From contig JAZSRT010000023.1 of assembly GCA_045538645.1 (NCBI GenBank), forward strand, positions 176-64,175: a stretch of DNA of 64,000 bases, written 5' to 3'. Positions within the stretch are counted from its first letter, which is position 1. Each line of letters opens with the position of its first letter. The DNA is from Acutalibacteraceae bacterium (lineage in GTDB: Bacteria; Bacillota; Clostridia; Oscillospirales; Acutalibacteraceae). Of this stretch, positions 8,244 through 17,537 are shown in pieces. The position numbers were made by a program, and so were the translations under genes. Below the pieces are notes generated by a model that searched no databases, was not told the origin of the DNA, and worked only from the letters and a program-made list of their open reading frames with translations.

Positions 8244-9590
8244 TTATACCTCTATTAATACATTTATCATTTCGGTACCGTAGTAAGAAAAACATTCTAC
8301 GGCTTCCTCGTTCAGTTCTTCACCCGAAATTGCAATAGGTACTGCAGGCGGGCAACTCACAGAAGGAGAAGCAAGAACTCTTCCGACTGCCATTTCAGTT
8401 TTTACTTCCTCCGACGGATAAAACAAAGCCTCTTTTACACTTACTTTTCTTAAAAGACTCGGGATTTCAGGTGGAATACAACTGATTGGTTCTTTTTTTT
8501 CAAGTGACAATAAAACTCTTTCAAGTTTAGAAATTTCTTCATCCGAATTATTCGCAGTAATCATAAGTACAGTATAATCGGGGTCGGCAAACTCACACTC
8601 AATACCGTTATTTCTCAAAATCTCCGCAAGCTCAGTTCCTTTATAACCATAAGTCTTTGCGGCAAAGGTTATTTTAAGAGGTTCATTACCGATAAGGGTA
8701 AAGCCTGCAGAAATAAGTATGTTTTTCAGACTATCAAGTCTTTCTATAAGCTTTTGAAGGTCTACAGAAAACTTATTTTCAAGATAAGCATTCACTTTAT
8801 CAAGTGATGCCATTATAAGATATGACGGACTTGTGCTTGCAAAAAGTGACATTGCCTTTTCGGCATTTTCTCTGAATTCGGCAGGTGACGAATGCGATAT
8901 ATGAAGATATGCACCGCCGGTTAATACAGGAAGTGTCTTATGTGCAGAATCACAGCATATATCTGCTCCGAGAAAAATGGGATGTGTGTTTTCGGGAAGG
9001 AAATTAAGATATGAACCGTGTGCATTATCAACAGCAAGAAGCACGCCCTTTTTATGGCAAACCTCAGCGAGAGCCTTTATATCAGCAATATTTCCGAGAT
9101 AATCGGGACTTGTTACATATACCGCAATCGGCAACTCATTCTGATTATCAAGAAATTTTTCAAGATACGCAGGAGAAATCTCGGCACTGACTACATTGCT
9201 GTTATTACGGGGAGAAATCCACTGCACATCAATATCAAGAACGGCAGAAGCAGTCATAAACACCTTGTGAGCATTGCGTCCTGCTGCAATCAGGGGCTTT
9301 CTGCCGATTTTAATAGCCTGCATTTTAATAAGTGTCAGCATTGCTCTTATACAAAGAGAAGAACCTTCAGTTGAATATAAGGTTTTTGCAGTACCAAAAA
9401 GAGAGGCTGCATTTTTCTGACTTTCACAGAGAATACCTGTTTCATGATATAGAACATCTGCGCCTTCGATTTCTGTTATATCAAAGCTTTCGCAAAGCTC
9501 CCCTTCTTTCCCTTTATGACCGGGCACATGGAGTCTGACGGTATTACTTTCAGAATATTCTTTTATAAAATTATATACAGGGGTATTCAT
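8244..9590 (-). CDS. Orn/Lys/Arg decarboxylase family PLP-dependent enzyme
   Basis: 448 aa. The N-terminal RLHVPGHKG and the fold-type I PLP region with SAHKTLP lysine motif are typical of this family. The start overlaps the scfB stop (TAATG). Confidence 0.8.
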   Translation of the reverse strand: MNTPVYNFIKEYSESNTVRLHVPGHKGKEGELCESFDITEIEGADVLYHETGILCESQKNAASLFGTAKTLYSTEGSSLCIRAMLTLIKMQAIKIGRKPLIAAGRNAHKVFMTASAVLDIDVQWISPRNNSNVVSAEISPAYLEKFLDNQNELPIAVYVTSPDYLGNIADIKALAEVCHKKGVLLAVDNAHGSYLNFLPENTHPIFLGADICCDSAHKTLPVLTGGAYLHISHSSPAEFRENAEKAMSLFASTSPSYLIMASLDKVNAYLENKFSVDLQKLIERLDSLKNILISAGFTLIGNEPLKITFAAKTYGYKGTELAEILRNNGIECEFADPDYTVLMITANNSDEEISKLERVLLSLEKKEPISCIPPEIPSLLRKVSVKEALFYPSEEVKTEMAVGRVLASPSVSCPPAVPIAISGEELNEEAVECFSYYGTEMINVLIEV

Positions 9591-10975
9591 TATGCCTGAC
9601 CGTCCAGCGTTTTTGCAGCTTCAAGCATAATCGCACATTCCATTCTTTTTCTGAAAAGATCGCAGCCGTATGAATATACGCCATTTACGGAGCCTGTGGC
9701 ATGATATGCATTTGCGGCACATCCGCCTGAGCAATAAAGCTTTGCCCAGCAGTCAGCACATTCGGGACGGGTATAGACATTACAAGCCATAAATTCATCC
9801 TGAATTTCTTTGCTGGTAACACCGTCAAACACATTTCCGAGTTTATATTTTTCTTCGCCAACAAACTGATGGCAGGGATAAAGATCGCCCCAAGGAGTTA
9901 CCGCCATATATTCCGTTCCCGAACCGCAACCTGAAACTCTCTTGTAAATACAGGGACCGCCTTTAAGGTCTATCATATAGTGATAAAAGGTGAAAGGCTT
10001 TCCTTCTCGGTGGCGCTTTAACATAAGCTCAGCAAGTTTTTCATACTGCTCCATTACAACAGCCTTGTCATCCTCTGTGAGTGCTGAAGGATCATCTGAA
10101 GCGCACACAACGGGCTCCATACTGAGTTCGTTAAAACCGAGGTCGAGCATTGCTTTTATATCTTCGAGGAAATCAGGGTTATGATGTGTAAATGTTCCTC
10201 TCATATAATAGCTTTTATTGCCGCGTTCTTTAACGAATTTCTGAAACTTCGGAACAATATAATCCCAGGAGCCTTTTCCCTGATAGTCTACTCTGAAGCG
10301 GTCGTGCACTTCTTTTCTGCCGTCAAGACTTAAAACAACATTGCTCATTTCACGGTTTGAAAATTCTATAACATCATCGTCAATAAGCACACCGTTGGTT
10401 GTAAGCGTAAAACGGAAATTCTTGCCTTTTTCCTTTTCGATGCTTCTGGCATATTCAACAAGCTGTTTAACTACAGAAAAATTCATAAGAGGTTCTCCGC
10501 CGAAGAAGTCAACCTCAAGATTTCTTCTTGAGCCTGAATTTTCAATGAGAAAATCAAGTGCCTGTTTTCCTACTTCAAAACTCATCAAAGCTCTTTCGCC
10601 GTGATACTTTCCCTGACTTGCAAAACAGTACGAACAATTAAGATTGCAACTGTGAGCAATATGCAGACAAAGTGCCTTTACAACACCTGCTGTTCTCTGC
10701 TTAAGTTCCCCTGCAATATCTCTGTAGCTGTCGGGAGTGAAAAGCTTATTGGCTTTTTTAAGTTCTTCAATCTGATTTAAGCAGTCTTCAATTTCTTCTT
10801 TTGTGACTTCGGGTCGGTCGGGATATTTTTTAAGTATTGCATCCGTTATCTCTGTTTTGTCTGAAGTTTCGTACATATTGATTATATCAAAAGCAACTTC
10901 ATCAACAACATGAACGGAACCGGAACAAATATCAAGAACAATATTCATTCCGCAAAGCTTATAAGAATGTATCAT
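9590..10975 (-). CDS. scfB: radical SAM/SPASM thioether-forming SCIFF peptide maturase
   Basis: 461 aa. CNLNCSYC radical SAM motif, a Cys-rich SPASM C-terminus (CADCWAKLYCSGGCAANA), and position directly downstream of a SCIFF precursor gene. Confidence 0.9.
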   Translation of the reverse strand: MIHSYKLCGMNIVLDICSGSVHVVDEVAFDIINMYETSDKTEITDAILKKYPDRPEVTKEEIEDCLNQIEELKKANKLFTPDSYRDIAGELKQRTAGVVKALCLHIAHSCNLNCSYCFASQGKYHGERALMSFEVGKQALDFLIENSGSRRNLEVDFFGGEPLMNFSVVKQLVEYARSIEKEKGKNFRFTLTTNGVLIDDDVIEFSNREMSNVVLSLDGRKEVHDRFRVDYQGKGSWDYIVPKFQKFVKERGNKSYYMRGTFTHHNPDFLEDIKAMLDLGFNELSMEPVVCASDDPSALTEDDKAVVMEQYEKLAELMLKRHREGKPFTFYHYMIDLKGGPCIYKRVSGCGSGTEYMAVTPWGDLYPCHQFVGEEKYKLGNVFDGVTSKEIQDEFMACNVYTRPECADCWAKLYCSGGCAANAYHATGSVNGVYSYGCDLFRKRMECAIMLEAAKTLDGQA

Positions 10976-10994
10976 TTCATTTACTCCAATTCAC

Positions 10995-11018
10995 AAAAAA
11001 TGCCGCCAAAAGGCGGCA
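10995..11018 (-). terminator. intrinsic terminator/attenuator between scfA and scfB
   Basis: On the minus strand: TGCCGCC TTTT GGCGGCA followed by TTTTTTG. It lies between the scfA stop (11038) and the scfB start (10975). Confidence 0.6.
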
Positions 11019-11037
11019 AAATCTGTTTTAATTATAA

Positions 11038-11184
11038 TTATTCTTCAACCTTATTTTCGCACTGCTGATTAGCTATGCCGCAGCTTGTTTTGCAAGCGGA
11101 CTGACAAGATGTCTGACATTCACCGCAACCGCCGTTCTTAGCGCTTTCACAAAGGTTCTTTGTTTCAATTGTCTGAATTTTCAT
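11038..11184 (-). CDS. scfA: SCIFF (six-cysteines-in-forty-five) ranthipeptide precursor
   Basis: MKIQTIETKNLCESAKNGGCGECQTSCQSACKTSCGIANQQCENKVEE carries the hallmark GGCGECQTSCQSACKTSC core. GGAGG lies 8 nt before ATG 11184. The track extension to 11220 would run into the -10 box. Confidence 0.92.
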   Translation of the reverse strand: MKIQTIETKNLCESAKNGGCGECQTSCQSACKTSCGIANQQCENKVEE

Positions 11185-11210
11185 TTTTATGTCCTCCGAA
11201 GTTTTTTTAT

Positions 11211-11239
11211 ATTTTATCACAACATTTTTAATAAGTCAA
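11211..11239 (-). promoter_or_regulatory. sigma-A-type promoter for scfA operon
   Basis: Minus strand: TTGACT (11239-11234), 17-nt spacer, TGA-TAAAAT extended -10 (11216-11211). Confidence 0.55.
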
Positions 11240-11290
11240 TTAACAATAATCAATTTATTTTTAAAATATAAAATTAAAAATCCGCAATAA

Positions 11291-11319
11291 TTGACACAAA
11301 TAGCATTAAATGTTATAAT
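11291..11319 (+). promoter_or_regulatory. sigma-A-type promoter for GDPD gene
   Basis: TTGACA (11291-11296), 17-nt spacer, TGT-TATAAT extended -10 (11314-11319). Confidence 0.6.
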
Positions 11320-11349
11320 CAATAAAAAAAATAATTGAGGTAAAGTGAT

Positions 11350-12198
11350 ATGTCTTTTGTACTGAATAAAATTATTTCATTATTCCTGGCTCCCTTATAT
11401 CTTTGTCCGTTTTTGCCCTTTATCCATATTGTAAAAATTTTCAATCAGCCAAAAGAACTTATTTCATTAAGTGAAAACGGAATCGGCAATGAGGAAGATC
11501 CCGTTTTTCTGACTGCGCACAGAGGAGTATGGGCAGAAGCGCCTGAAAATTCCCTCCCCGCATACGAAAAGGCTGTTGAATACGGTTACTACACTGCTGA
11601 ATGCGATATTCAGCTTACAAAGGATAACGAATGGGTACTTAATCACAACAGCGATACAGGTTCACTGTTTTGTGAAATAGCTGAAATTTCCGAATATACT
11701 CTTGCTGAACTCAAAACCTTCTCCTACAAATGGGGAGCAAATTTCTGGGAATATGAAGACCTCAGAATCGGCACACTTGATGAATATCTTGACATATTTG
11801 TCGGTTCAAAAACCCGTCCTCAGATTGAAATCAAAGGCGATAACCTTGATATGCTTTATAAAGTCGTTGATGCAGTTAAAGCAAGAAATATGGAAGATCA
11901 GGCTATTATAATCAGCTTCAGTTATGAACAGCTGAAGGTTATTGATGCAATGAACAGCGGAATTGAACTCTGGTATCTTTGCGACACAATCACTCCTGAC
12001 GTAATAGCTATGGCTCAGGCTCTTAATTCCGAATGCTGGCTTTCTCCCGACTTTGAAAGCAACACCAAAGAATCTATTCAGCTTGCTATTGATGCCGGTG
12101 TAGATTGTTCTTTCTGGACAGTAAATGAAATCAGCGATGCAAAAATGCTCTACGATATGGGCATAAGATACATCGAAACTGATATTTTCCGCAACTGA
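11350..12198 (+). CDS. glycerophosphodiester phosphodiesterase family protein
   Basis: 282 aa with an N-terminal hydrophobic segment and the GDPD signature HRG...PENSLPAY...ECDIQLTKD. Confidence 0.8.
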   Translation: MSFVLNKIISLFLAPLYLCPFLPFIHIVKIFNQPKELISLSENGIGNEEDPVFLTAHRGVWAEAPENSLPAYEKAVEYGYYTAECDIQLTKDNEWVLNHNSDTGSLFCEIAEISEYTLAELKTFSYKWGANFWEYEDLRIGTLDEYLDIFVGSKTRPQIEIKGDNLDMLYKVVDAVKARNMEDQAIIISFSYEQLKVIDAMNSGIELWYLCDTITPDVIAMAQALNSECWLSPDFESNTKESIQLAIDAGVDCSFWTVNEISDAKMLYDMGIRYIETDIFRN

Positions 12199-12206
12199 TT
12201 AATTAA

Positions 12207-12235
12207 GTGTCGGATTTTTTTCCGACACTTTTTTC
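12207..12235 (+). terminator. rho-independent terminator after GDPD gene
   Basis: GTGTCGGA TTTTTT TCCGACAC followed by TTTTTT. Confidence 0.8.
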
Positions 12236-12311
12236 TTACATTATTATGGTTGACTTAATACGTCAAAATAATGTATATTATAAGTTAAGTAATATTGGAA
12301 GGAGAATAATT

Positions 12312-14771
12312 TTGAAACATCCTGAAATAATCAACAAAATGACCCTTGAACAGAAGGCTGCATTTGTTTCGGGGCTTGACTATTGGCACACCCAAGGAAA
12401 TGCCGAACTCGGTCTTCCCTCTATCAATATCACAGACGGCCCTCACGGACTCAGAAAGAAAAATGAAAACAAAAAAGCTTCTGAAGGTATAGGTCTCGGA
12501 AATTCAGTTCCCGCAACATGTTTCCCGCCGGCTTCAACATCTTCGTGTTCATGGGATCCCGATCTTCTTACAATGGCCGGTGAAGCACTCGGTGAAGAAT
12601 GCCTTAAAGAAAAGGTATCTGTTATACTCGGTCCCGGAATGAACATCAAGCGTTCTCCTGTATGCGGCAGAAACTTTGAATATTTCAGTGAAGATCCTGT
12701 TCTTGCAGGTAAGCTTGCCGCCGGACTTGTTAAAGGTGTTCAGTCTAAAGGCGTCGGCACATCACTTAAGCATTTTGCCTGCAACTCACAGGAAGCTTAC
12801 CGAATGATAATCAACGAAGTTGTTGACGAAAGAGCCTTGAGAGAGTTATATCTTACTGCCTTTGAAATATGTGTTAAAGAAGCAAAACCCTGGACCGTTA
12901 TGAATTCTTACAACAGAATTAACGGAGAATATGCTTCACAGAATGAATACCTTCAGCAAAAGGTTCTCAGAAATGAATGGGGCTTTGACGGGCTTATCGT
13001 AACCGACTGGGGCTCATCTGTTGACAGAATACCCGGCATTATCTGCGGAACTGATCTTGAAATGCCTTCTTCAGGCGGTTATAACACAAAAAAAGTTATT
13101 GAAGCAGTTAAAAACGGTGAACTTTCAGAAGACGCTCTCAACGAGAGAGTTGACAATGTAGTTGATCTTATACTTAAATCAAAGCCCGCACTTGAACAGG
13201 GTTGTGATTTCTCCTTTGATGCACATCACGAAATTGCAAGAAAAGTTGCAGAAGGTTCAATGGTGCTTCTTAAAAATGATGACAATGTTCTTCCTCTTAA
13301 AAAAGGAGCAAAGGTTGCGGTAATCGGTGAACTTGCAAGCGCACCGAGATATCAGGGAGCAGGTTCATCTGTTATAAACCCCACAAAGCTTGATAATGCA
13401 CTTGAAGAGCTCAAAAAGCTCGGTGTTGACCTTACATTTGCAAAAGGCTACGAAAAGAGCAAGGATGAAGTAAACGAGTCACTCTTTACAGAAGCTAAAA
13501 ATGCTGCAGCTGATGCTGATGTTGCTGTTGTTTTTGTGGGTCTTACCGAAGAATTTGAAGGCGAAGGCTATGACAGAATAAATATTGAAATGCCCAAATC
13601 TCACAATGCCCTTGTTTCTGAAATTGCTAAAATAAACAGCAATACAGTTGTTGTTCTTGCAGGCGGTTCTGTTATAAATCTTCCCTGGATAAATGAAGTA
13701 AAAGCACTTCTTAATTCAGGACTCAGCGGACAGGCAACAGGAAGTGCTGTAGCAAATATTCTTACAGGTATTGTTAATCCCTCAGGTAAAACTACAGAAA
13801 CTTATCCCCTTGCATTCTCAGACAATCCTACATACGGCAATTACCCTGCAGGTCCTGTAACAAGTGAACACAGAGAATCTGTTTATATCGGTTACCGATA
13901 TTATGACAAGGCAAAAAAAGATGTTCTCTTCCCCTTTGGATTCGGCCTTTCTTATACCAGATTCGAGTACAGCGATCTTAATATATCTGCGGATTCAATT
14001 AACGATACTGATGCTCTTAAGGTTACCTTCAAAGTTAAGAATGTGGGCCAATATGACGGTGCTGAGGTTGCACAGCTTTATGTGGCAGATAAGGTATCAA
14101 CTATTTTCCGCCCTGAAAAAGAACTTAAACACTTCAAAAAAGTATTTCTTCGCGCAGGTGAAGAAACCGAAATCTGTTTTGAACTTTCAAAACGTGATTA
14201 CGCTTTCTTTAATGTATATTCAGGCGCATTCCAAGTTGAAAGCGGTGAATTTGATATTCTTATTGGTGCTTCTTCAAGAGACATCAAGCTTTCAAAAACA
14301 GTTATGGTAACTTCAACTGATAATGATACTATTCCCGATTATTCAGTAAGTGCACCTGCATACTACACTGCCGACATTAACAAAATGAGTGGCTCTCAGT
14401 TTGAAGCGATACTCGGACATCCCGTTCCAAACGCCGAACGAGACACAACAAAGCTTATTGATATTTATTGCTGTCTTGATGATGCCCGTCATACAAAATG
14501 GGGCGGAAAGATATGCGGACTTATTGAAGGAATGATGTCTAAAATGGGATCTGATGCCAACGGAGACGGCAAGATGCTTTCTGCAATGGCAACACAAATT
14601 CCCATCAGAAACTTCATTGCAATGAGTATGGGAGTTTTCTCGGTAGAAATGGCAGACGGCCTTCTTATGATACTTAATGACGGTCAGTCAAGTTTCAAAG
14701 GCTTGATGAAAATAATTTCCCGTATTGGTCCTGCAATACTTAAATTACCTGCTCTTCTTAAATCTATCTGA
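12312..14771 (+). CDS. glycoside hydrolase family 3 beta-glucosidase
   Basis: GH3 N- and C-domains plus an Fn3-like region (GPHGLR, KHFACNSQE, VTDWG). GGAAGGAG SD lies 7 nt before TTG 12312, with an alternative ATG at 12336. The track start at 12207 sits inside the upstream terminator. Confidence 0.88.
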   Translation: MKHPEIINKMTLEQKAAFVSGLDYWHTQGNAELGLPSINITDGPHGLRKKNENKKASEGIGLGNSVPATCFPPASTSSCSWDPDLLTMAGEALGEECLKEKVSVILGPGMNIKRSPVCGRNFEYFSEDPVLAGKLAAGLVKGVQSKGVGTSLKHFACNSQEAYRMIINEVVDERALRELYLTAFEICVKEAKPWTVMNSYNRINGEYASQNEYLQQKVLRNEWGFDGLIVTDWGSSVDRIPGIICGTDLEMPSSGGYNTKKVIEAVKNGELSEDALNERVDNVVDLILKSKPALEQGCDFSFDAHHEIARKVAEGSMVLLKNDDNVLPLKKGAKVAVIGELASAPRYQGAGSSVINPTKLDNALEELKKLGVDLTFAKGYEKSKDEVNESLFTEAKNAAADADVAVVFVGLTEEFEGEGYDRINIEMPKSHNALVSEIAKINSNTVVVLAGGSVINLPWINEVKALLNSGLSGQATGSAVANILTGIVNPSGKTTETYPLAFSDNPTYGNYPAGPVTSEHRESVYIGYRYYDKAKKDVLFPFGFGLSYTRFEYSDLNISADSINDTDALKVTFKVKNVGQYDGAEVAQLYVADKVSTIFRPEKELKHFKKVFLRAGEETEICFELSKRDYAFFNVYSGAFQVESGEFDILIGASSRDIKLSKTVMVTSTDNDTIPDYSVSAPAYYTADINKMSGSQFEAILGHPVPNAERDTTKLIDIYCCLDDARHTKWGGKICGLIEGMMSKMGSDANGDGKMLSAMATQIPIRNFIAMSMGVFSVEMADGLLMILNDGQSSFKGLMKIISRIGPAILKLPALLKSI

Positions 14772-14780
14772 TAATATTTT

Positions 14781-14813
14781 CCTGCCGGAATACATATTTT
14801 CGGCAGGATTTTT
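14781..14813 (+). terminator. rho-independent terminator after GH3 gene
   Basis: CCTGCCG...CGGCAGG stem followed by ATTTTTG. Confidence 0.7.
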
Positions 14814-14833
14814 GTATATAATTATTAATCGTC

Positions 14834-14874
14834 AAAAATTTCTCCGTCTGATACAGCAAAGTATCGGACGGAGA
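14834..14874 (-). terminator. rho-independent terminator after histidine kinase gene
   Basis: TCTCCGTCTGATAC / GTATCGGACGGAGA long stem. A T-run follows on the minus strand (plus-strand AAAAA at 14834-14838). Confidence 0.7.
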
Positions 14875-14899
14875 ATAATTTCAGTAAGCAGAATATTTT

Positions 14900-16153
14900 T
14901 TACATTTTAAATTTTACAGTAAAAACGGTACCTCTTTCTTTATTACTGACAACTGAAATATCAGCATTATGAAGTTGGGCCAAATTTTTACAAATGGAAA
15001 GACCCAATCCGTATCCGCTTCCAGAAGTTCTTGCTTTATCCGAGCGATAGAACCTCTCAAAAATAAACGGAATATCTTCTTCAGGAATAGGGGTGCCCGT
15101 GTTATGGGTAGAAAGATATATATAACCGTTTCTGTTTCTCAGAGAATAAGATTGGCGGCGCTTTAACGAAAGAGTAACTTCACCGTTTTCACCTGAATAC
15201 TTAATTGCGTTATCAAGCAGAATATGAATTATCTGATTAAGTGCCACACTGTCTCCCTTGATATTAATATTCCTGTCAATATCCGAAAGAAGCATAACAC
15301 CTTTTTCAAAAGCGACAGGCTCATACTGAAGTGCAAGCTGCATTGCAAGTTCTGACATATTAACATCAGTAAACATATTTTTCTGACTCATATTATCTGT
15401 TTTTGCCAACAGCAAAAGCTTGTCCACAAGCTCTTTCATATGATTTGCTTCTTCATAAGTACTGTCTATCCATTTCAGCTGATTTTCAACAGAATCTTCT
15501 TTATGAGACTTAAGTATTCCGCTGTTGGTCAGTATTACTGTCAACGGAGTTTTAAGTTCGTGGGAGGCATCTGCAATAAAATTCTTTTGTTGTGTCCAGG
15601 CTTTTTCTACAGGACGCAGACACATCTCTGCAAGAAATCTCATTATCCCCCAGAAAAACAGCAGTGTCAGAACAATCAATATTGCGCCGTCGAAAAAGAA
15701 AATTTTCATATAGCTGTAATACTGCGTAGAATCAGCAAAAGCAATACGGTAGCCGAAGTCAATCTTAGTTTTACTGAAAAAAAGATTGACCGAATTAATA
15801 TGACCGAATTCATATTCTGAATTCATAACATAAGAAACTGCTCTTGAAAGAATTGCTTCATCAATATTGGCACGGCTGAATTCAAGAATAGCAATTGAAC
15901 CGAGTTCTTTTACTTCAACAACACAGACATTTCCCGAATAAAGCGCAAAAACCGAATCATTTTCATCGTTTTCGCCGATAAAAGGCACTGTTTTTAATTC
16001 GGCAGTTGCGGAATATTGCTGCAATACGGCACGAAGATCAAACGTCATTGTCATAAAAAAAAGTGCAACGGTAAACAGATAGAATGTTATAAGAACAGCA
16101 CAAATTATTGACATAGATATGGCGACAAAACGCCGTCTTAATCTTTTAAGCAC
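14900..16153 (-). CDS. sensor histidine kinase
   Basis: 417 aa. Two TM segments flank a roughly 130-aa extracytoplasmic loop. H-box ADASHELKTPLT and HATPase N/G boxes (LDNAIKYS, GYGLGLSI). Confidence 0.88.
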   Translation of the reverse strand: MLKRLRRRFVAISMSIICAVLITFYLFTVALFFMTMTFDLRAVLQQYSATAELKTVPFIGENDENDSVFALYSGNVCVVEVKELGSIAILEFSRANIDEAILSRAVSYVMNSEYEFGHINSVNLFFSKTKIDFGYRIAFADSTQYYSYMKIFFFDGAILIVLTLLFFWGIMRFLAEMCLRPVEKAWTQQKNFIADASHELKTPLTVILTNSGILKSHKEDSVENQLKWIDSTYEEANHMKELVDKLLLLAKTDNMSQKNMFTDVNMSELAMQLALQYEPVAFEKGVMLLSDIDRNINIKGDSVALNQIIHILLDNAIKYSGENGEVTLSLKRRQSYSLRNRNGYIYLSTHNTGTPIPEEDIPFIFERFYRSDKARTSGSGYGLGLSICKNLAQLHNADISVVSNKERGTVFTVKFKM

Positions 16154-16826
16154 CCGTTTTCACCTCAAGACGATACCCTATTTTTCTTAATGAAGATATT
16201 TCAACGTTGCTTGAAATAAAATCAAGTTTTTTTCTTAAAAATGAAATATATACCTCAACATTGTTATCAACGGCATTTGAATCATAACCCCAGACTTTTA
16301 CAATAAGATCTTCTTTTGTTGTAACTATCTGAGGATTCTGCATAAGAATCTTCATTATTTCGAATTCTTTGAAATTAAGATGAACATTTCTGACTCCGCA
16401 GCTAAGGTCACACGTAGACAGATTAAGTGTGATATCGTCAAACACAAGTTCATCAATAACAACTTCTCCCTGACGGCGGGTAAGCGCACGGACACGTGCC
16501 AATAATTCTTCGGGAGCAAAAGGTTTTGTCATATAATCATCAGCACCCGAATCAAGACCTTTAACTTTATCTGCAACCTGATCTTTTGCAGTAAGCATAA
16601 GAATGGGAGTTCCTATCTTTTCCTTTCGGAGCTGAGAGGCGACCTCATAACCGTTAATCTTTGGTAACATAACATCAAGAATGATAATGTCATAAATACC
16701 GCTTAATGCATAATCAAGACCGTCTCTTCCGTCAAAAGCAAGGTCAACCATATATTTTTGTTCAACGAGTATCTGCTGCAATGCCTCTGCCAATCGTTTT
16801 TCATCTTCTATTACAAGTACCTGCAT
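16146..16826 (-). CDS. OmpR-family response regulator
   Basis: 226 aa with a receiver domain (IILDVMLP, LTAKD) and a winged-helix output domain. 8-nt overlap with the kinase gene. Confidence 0.9.
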   Translation of the reverse strand: MQVLVIEDEKRLAEALQQILVEQKYMVDLAFDGRDGLDYALSGIYDIIILDVMLPKINGYEVASQLRKEKIGTPILMLTAKDQVADKVKGLDSGADDYMTKPFAPEELLARVRALTRRQGEVVIDELVFDDITLNLSTCDLSCGVRNVHLNFKEFEIMKILMQNPQIVTTKEDLIVKVWGYDSNAVDNNVEVYISFLRKKLDFISSNVEISSLRKIGYRLEVKTGA

Positions 16827-16967
16827 ATTATCCTCCCAAACTTTTTTTTCATTATATCATAAAATTATTTTTATATAAAGACTTTATTTTAATGAACTTA
16901 AAACTTGCTTAAACTGTGATTCATACTTTACTAAGCAGTATTTTTTGATTATAATATATTCAAAAGG

Positions 16968-17381
16968 ATGGCGTTACTTATGAATAATTTACCTAATTAT
17001 ATTGAAGAAGCTGCGAGAACACCATATATTGTTCATAACGGAATTGAACTGACTTCTTATGAACCGGGCTTTTGCACAGCTAAAATGAAAATAAAAGATC
17101 ATCACAAAAATCTTCACGGTTCAGTTCACGGGGGGTGTGTTTATACTCTTGCAGATACAGTTGCAGGATATACTGCAATGACAGAAAGCACTGTTGTTTC
17201 CACACTGAACGGATCAGTAAATTACCTGCATCCTGTTATCGATACCGAGTACCTTTATTGCAAAGGTGAAATAATTAAAAGCGGAAAAACAGTTACCGTT
17301 GTCAGAACAATTCTTACTGATGACAATGGCAAATTATTGGCAGACGGCAGTTTTTCGTGTTATATTCTTAGAAAAAGATAA
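16968..17381 (+). CDS. PaaI-family hotdog-fold thioesterase
   Basis: 137 aa with NLHGSVHGGCVYTLADTVAG, typical of PaaI/YdiI 4HBT-type thioesterases. Confidence 0.8.
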   Translation: MALLMNNLPNYIEEAARTPYIVHNGIELTSYEPGFCTAKMKIKDHHKNLHGSVHGGCVYTLADTVAGYTAMTESTVVSTLNGSVNYLHPVIDTEYLYCKGEIIKSGKTVTVVRTILTDDNGKLLADGSFSCYILRKR

Positions 17382-17413
17382 GGAACCCGAAAGGTTCCTT
17401 TTCTCTTTTTTTT
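17381..17413 (+). terminator. rho-independent terminator after thioesterase gene
   Basis: AGGAACC CGAAA GGTTCCT followed by TTTCTCTTTTTTTT. Confidence 0.8.
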
Positions 17414-17460
17414 GAAAGAAATAAAGATTCTGCTTTTACGGTTATCTCGTATAATTATTA

Positions 17461-17489
17461 TTGACTTAAATCAGTAAAAATGGTACATT
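17461..17489 (+). promoter_or_regulatory. sigma-A-type promoter for CoA ligase-iorAB-aminotransferase operon
   Basis: TTGACT (17461-17466), 17-nt spacer, TGG-TACATT extended -10 (17484-17489). Confidence 0.45.
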
Positions 17490-17537
17490 TATATGTAATA
17501 TTGTTTAATGAGATTTGATGAAAGGAATTTTTCTACG

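Noticed and set aside
8242-8295. Upstream extension of the Dabb ORF into the decarboxylase gene.
   Set aside because: MVKHIILWNLKDE is the canonical Dabb N-terminus with a GAGG SD 8 nt upstream. The extension merely overlaps the 3' end of the preceding gene.
11185-11220. 12-codon N-terminal extension of the SCIFF precursor (60-aa track ORF).
   Set aside because: The extension overlaps the predicted -10 box (11211-11216), and the GGAGG SD lies inside it, correctly spaced for ATG 11184. SCIFF peptides are about 45-48 aa.
12207-12311. N-terminal extension of the GH3 ORF (track start at 12207).
   Set aside because: The proposed ATG sits inside the stem of the upstream rho-independent terminator (12207-12235). 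A GGAAGGAG SD precedes TTG 12312, where GH3-like sequence begins.
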